Of a stretch of DNA of 38,404 bases, positions 35,515-38,404 are shown piece after piece. This DNA is from Hyphochytrium catenoides (taxonomy: Eukaryota > Protista > Hyphochytriomycota): assembly GCA_900088475.1 (NCBI GenBank), contig FLMG01002489.1, forward strand, positions 1 through 38,404, read 5' to 3'. The translations under genes were made by a program, and so were the position numbers. Under the pieces are notes generated by a model. It had not been told where the DNA came from, made no database searches, and saw only the letters and a program-made list of their open reading frames with translations. Position 1 is the stretch's first letter. Each line of letters begins with the position of its first letter.

Positions 35515-36057
35515 TTACTGGACGTTCTCTTCTGCTGCTTTCTTCCTCCTGTTCTGTTCTTTTCTTTGCTTGTTACTCTGATGTTGAGCTTTTTCCGGGG
35601 TAATGCGAGGAAGATCAAGGTAAGCTGGTGTTTCTCTCCGAAGCTCTTTTTTCTCTTCAATTTCCGCTCTCACTTTCGCTCGTCTCGCAGCCGCCGCTGG
35701 CCTTTGTTTTCTAGGGACACTCGACTTGTTTCCCTTTTTTCCTGATGATTTTCCACTATTTCCTCCTCCTCTTGATCGGGCTCCTCCACGAAGTTTTCTG
35801 CCTTGAAGACGTAAAAAACGGTGCTCCGAGAGAGAGAGAGAACTGGAAGGAAGGGAAAGAGAGTTCTTCTCTGATGTGTCCCTTTCTTCATTGGCGTTCT
35901 TCAGGGAGGAAGAAGAGAAAGAGAGACCGCGGGGGGAGAAAGACGACAAGAGATTGGTATTCTCCTCTCTCTCTAACGTGTTGAAGCTCTCTTCTGCGTG
36001 TGCTCCAGCGATGAGGAGACAGATCCCAAAGAGAGAGAGAGAGGTTAGACTGACCAT
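35515..36057 (-). CDS. Small secreted protein (180 aa) with RFLR/RKLRG motif and highly basic C-terminal half
   Basis: ATG at 36057 lies within the track ORF 35515-36381. MVSLTSLSLFGICLLIAGAHA is a good signal peptide with an AxA cleavage site, followed by ...EHRFLRLQGRKLRGG and a K/R-rich tail. An adjacent paralog supports it. Confidence 0.7.
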   Translation of the reverse strand: MVSLTSLSLFGICLLIAGAHAEESFNTLEREENTNLLSSFSPRGLSFSSSSLKNANEERDTSEKNSLSLPSSSLSLSEHRFLRLQGRKLRGGARSRGGGNSGKSSGKKGNKSSVPRKQRPAAAARRAKVRAEIEEKKELRRETPAYLDLPRITPEKAQHQSNKQRKEQNRRKKAAEENVQ

Positions 36058-37268
36058 ATTCTTCTCTTTCCTATGTCTTTCTCCTTGCGTCTGGGTAACC
36101 TCTTTAAAAACTGGCTCTAGAGAAAGAGCGAGTGAGATGAGAGGATGGAAAGGGGAAGGGGAAGGGAAGAACCGCGAAAGAGACTGAGAGAGAGAGAGAA
36201 AGAGAAACAACTGCTCAGCTGAAAAGGAGCAGGATCTGCCGCGGTCTTCGATCTCTCTCAGTGGTGGAACAATGTAAAGTGATCTGCCTCTTGGAGGGGA
36301 AGAGCCCGCCTGGTTCCTGCGGAGAGAGAAAGAGGAATAGAGAGAGAGAGAGGGAGAGAGAGAGAGAGAGAGAACTCTCAACAGCAGGGTGTCTTTTTCG
36401 TTTCTCCTTCTTCTGTCCCTGCGAATGCCTAGTAGTAGGGTACTTCAGAAGAAGAGAAAGAGAGGGTGGAGGAGGAGGATAACAAGGACTTCGTCTCAAT
36501 AAAAAGAAAGAAGCAAAAGGTATAACGCCGTGTTTTTTAAAACGAAATAGAGAGGGGGGAGGAGAGGAGAGAGAGAGAGAGACAGAGAGAGAAGAGAGAA
36601 AAGCTGAAGAAGATGGAAGGAAGAGTCGGGAAAAGAAGGTCGAGAAGGGAGGAAATAGATGTCCCCTAGAGTTATTATCGAAGAAGGAGATGAAAGAAAA
36701 AAACGAGGGTGGGAGAGAGAGAGGGAGAGAGAGAGAGTTAGAGACAGCGGCGACATGATTCTCTCTCGTTGTAATGGCACAGGTGTTTGAGTTGGAGGAG
36801 ACGCATTATGAAACCGATAAATTGCAAGAGCGAGAGAGACAAAACAAGAGAGACGGAGAAGGGAGAGAGGGAGAAACGAGAGAGAGACGAAGAGAGAAGA
36901 CCGCAGAAAAAGAAAAGTAGTGGAAGAAATACTGAAAGAGCCGTGCAAGAAAGAAGGAAACATGAAAGAGACAAAAAAAGGAGCTGGCTCCGATACTGGG
37001 ATGGAAAGAAAGAGAACGAGCTGAAGTCTCTCTCTCTCTCCCTCTCTCGAAGAGAAGACCAAAAGGAAAGAGACATAGAACAGATGATGAAAGACGGAAA
37101 GAACCGGTCCGGTCATCAATCAGTCTTCCGGCACGAAAGGACAATTCACTCTTCTCCTCGCCACGCACGCTGCTTCCTCCTTGCTACTGACGCGTTTGCT
37201 CTTCTCTCTCCCTCTTTCTCTCTCTTTTTTGCTCGCTTTCTTTCTTTCTTCTTCCTTCTCTCTCTCTT

Positions 37269-37312
<44 letters not shown>

Positions 37313-37806
37313 CCAGTGTTCATTAGTCTCTCACCTACATGCCAGACAACATTCGGAGGTAGAAAAGCTCAGTGTCGGACAGGAGGCAGGTGTGACCAAG
37401 GAAACAAGAGAGAGGGAGAGAGAGGAAGAAGACGATCATGAAGAGACAGTCTCCTGTGCGTCGTCTGTCTCTCTCTTTCTCTCTCTAGTTCTATCTCTGT
37501 CTCCCTCTCTGTCTCTCTCTGTGTGTCCCTCTTTGTCTCTCTCTCTTTCTCTTTATTCAGTGATTAGTTGCCAAACAACAGGAGGAGCCTTAAGTAAGTC
37601 TCCAAGTACCGACTCTGAAGAACCGTTTTCAGTAAGTAAGTCTTTCCCTGCCAGATCCTTGCCAGGTACTTGTCACTGATGACAAGAAGAGCTGCCACGG
37701 TTCTTGGCACTGAGAGAGAGAGAGAGACAGACAAAGAGAGAGAGNNNNNNNNNNNNNNNNNNNNNNNNNNNNNNNNNNNNNNNNNNNNNNNNNNNNNNNN
37801 NNNNNN

Positions 37807-37826
37807 AGAGAGAGAGAGAGAGACGT

Positions 37827-37857
<31 letters not shown>

Positions 37858-38048
37858 AAAAAAAGAGAGAGAGAGGGACATAGAGAAAAAGAGAGAGAGA
37901 GGGACATAGAGAAAAAGAGAGAGAGAAAGAGAGAGAGGGAGAGAGAAAGAGAGAGAGAGAGGAAGACAGAGAGAGAAAGGGAGAGAGAAAGAGCGAGAGA
38001 AAGAGAGAGAGAGAAAGAGAGAGAGAGAGGAAGACAGAGAGAGAAAGG

Positions 38049-38082
<34 letters not shown>

Positions 38083-38116
38083 AAGAGAGAGACAGAGAAA
38101 GAGAGAGAGAGAGGGA

Positions 38117-38150
<34 letters not shown>

Positions 38151-38182
38151 AAGAGCGAGAGACAGAGAGAGGGAGAAAGAGA

Positions 38183-38228
<46 letters not shown>

Positions 38229-38307
38229 AAGAGAGGGAGGAAGAGAGAGAGACACAGAGAGAGAGACATAGAGAGAGACACAGAGAGACACAGAGAGAGA
38301 GAGAGAG
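37807..38307. repeat. Long compound (GA)-rich purine tract with GAGAGAGAAA-type units and GAGGGACATAGAGAAAAA repeats
   Basis: About 500 bp of nearly pure purine on the + strand following an N-gap. Confidence 0.9.
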
Positions 38308-38404
38308 CTACGAAAGACAGACACATAGACAGGCCCAGGGAGACGGGAGGGAGGTTAACCCTCCAACGCCTGAAAGTTGTAGCCCCTTTGGGCCCAATTT
38401 CGAT

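Larger units (their letters stand above)
1..38404. repeat. Window-wide (GA)n/(CT)n microsatellite saturation; N-gaps at 1689-1762, 5717-5768, 8519-8558, 23723-23769, 24662-24666, 37745-37806
   Basis: Many dozens of perfect and degenerate GA/CT tracts in intergenic, intronic and coding DNA; every gap adjoins such a tract. Confidence 0.97.

Noticed and set aside
37629-38326. 231-aa and 217-aa poly-SL ORFs
   Set aside because: Pure microsatellite translation spanning an N-gap.

Overview
Eukaryotic (protist-like, possibly stramenopile; taxon not determinable here) draft-assembly window saturated with (GA)n/(CT)n microsatellites, with six N-gaps that all sit inside those tracts. Most ORFs in the six-frame track are microsatellite artefacts (poly-SL/poly-ER). 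Well-supported genes, spliced by hand: (1) a 5-exon cAMP-receptor/Git3-like 7TM GPCR (7164-9932, +); (2) an 8-exon, ~1687-aa gene (13966-21239, +) that appears to fuse a Vta1-like N-terminal MIT region, a RelA/SpoT-like nucleotidyltransferase domain with altered motifs, and kinesin-light-chain-type TPR repeats; this is the most striking feature; (3) an intronless polysaccharide lyase family 14 gene (27114-28115, -) inside a ~7-kb microsatellite-poor island of decayed-looking DNA; (4) several intronless signal-peptide ORFs and pseudogenes with RxLR/LRG-like basic motifs (2409-1766, 22818-21664, 36057-35515 and a frameshifted paralog at ~34340-34720). Also a ~920-bp non-autonomous TIR element (30646-31567) carrying a perfect inverted pair of E2F-consensus sites, a ~197-bp tandem duplication and a ~96-bp inverted duplication. 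All family assignments are by-eye motif recognition; no database searches were run.
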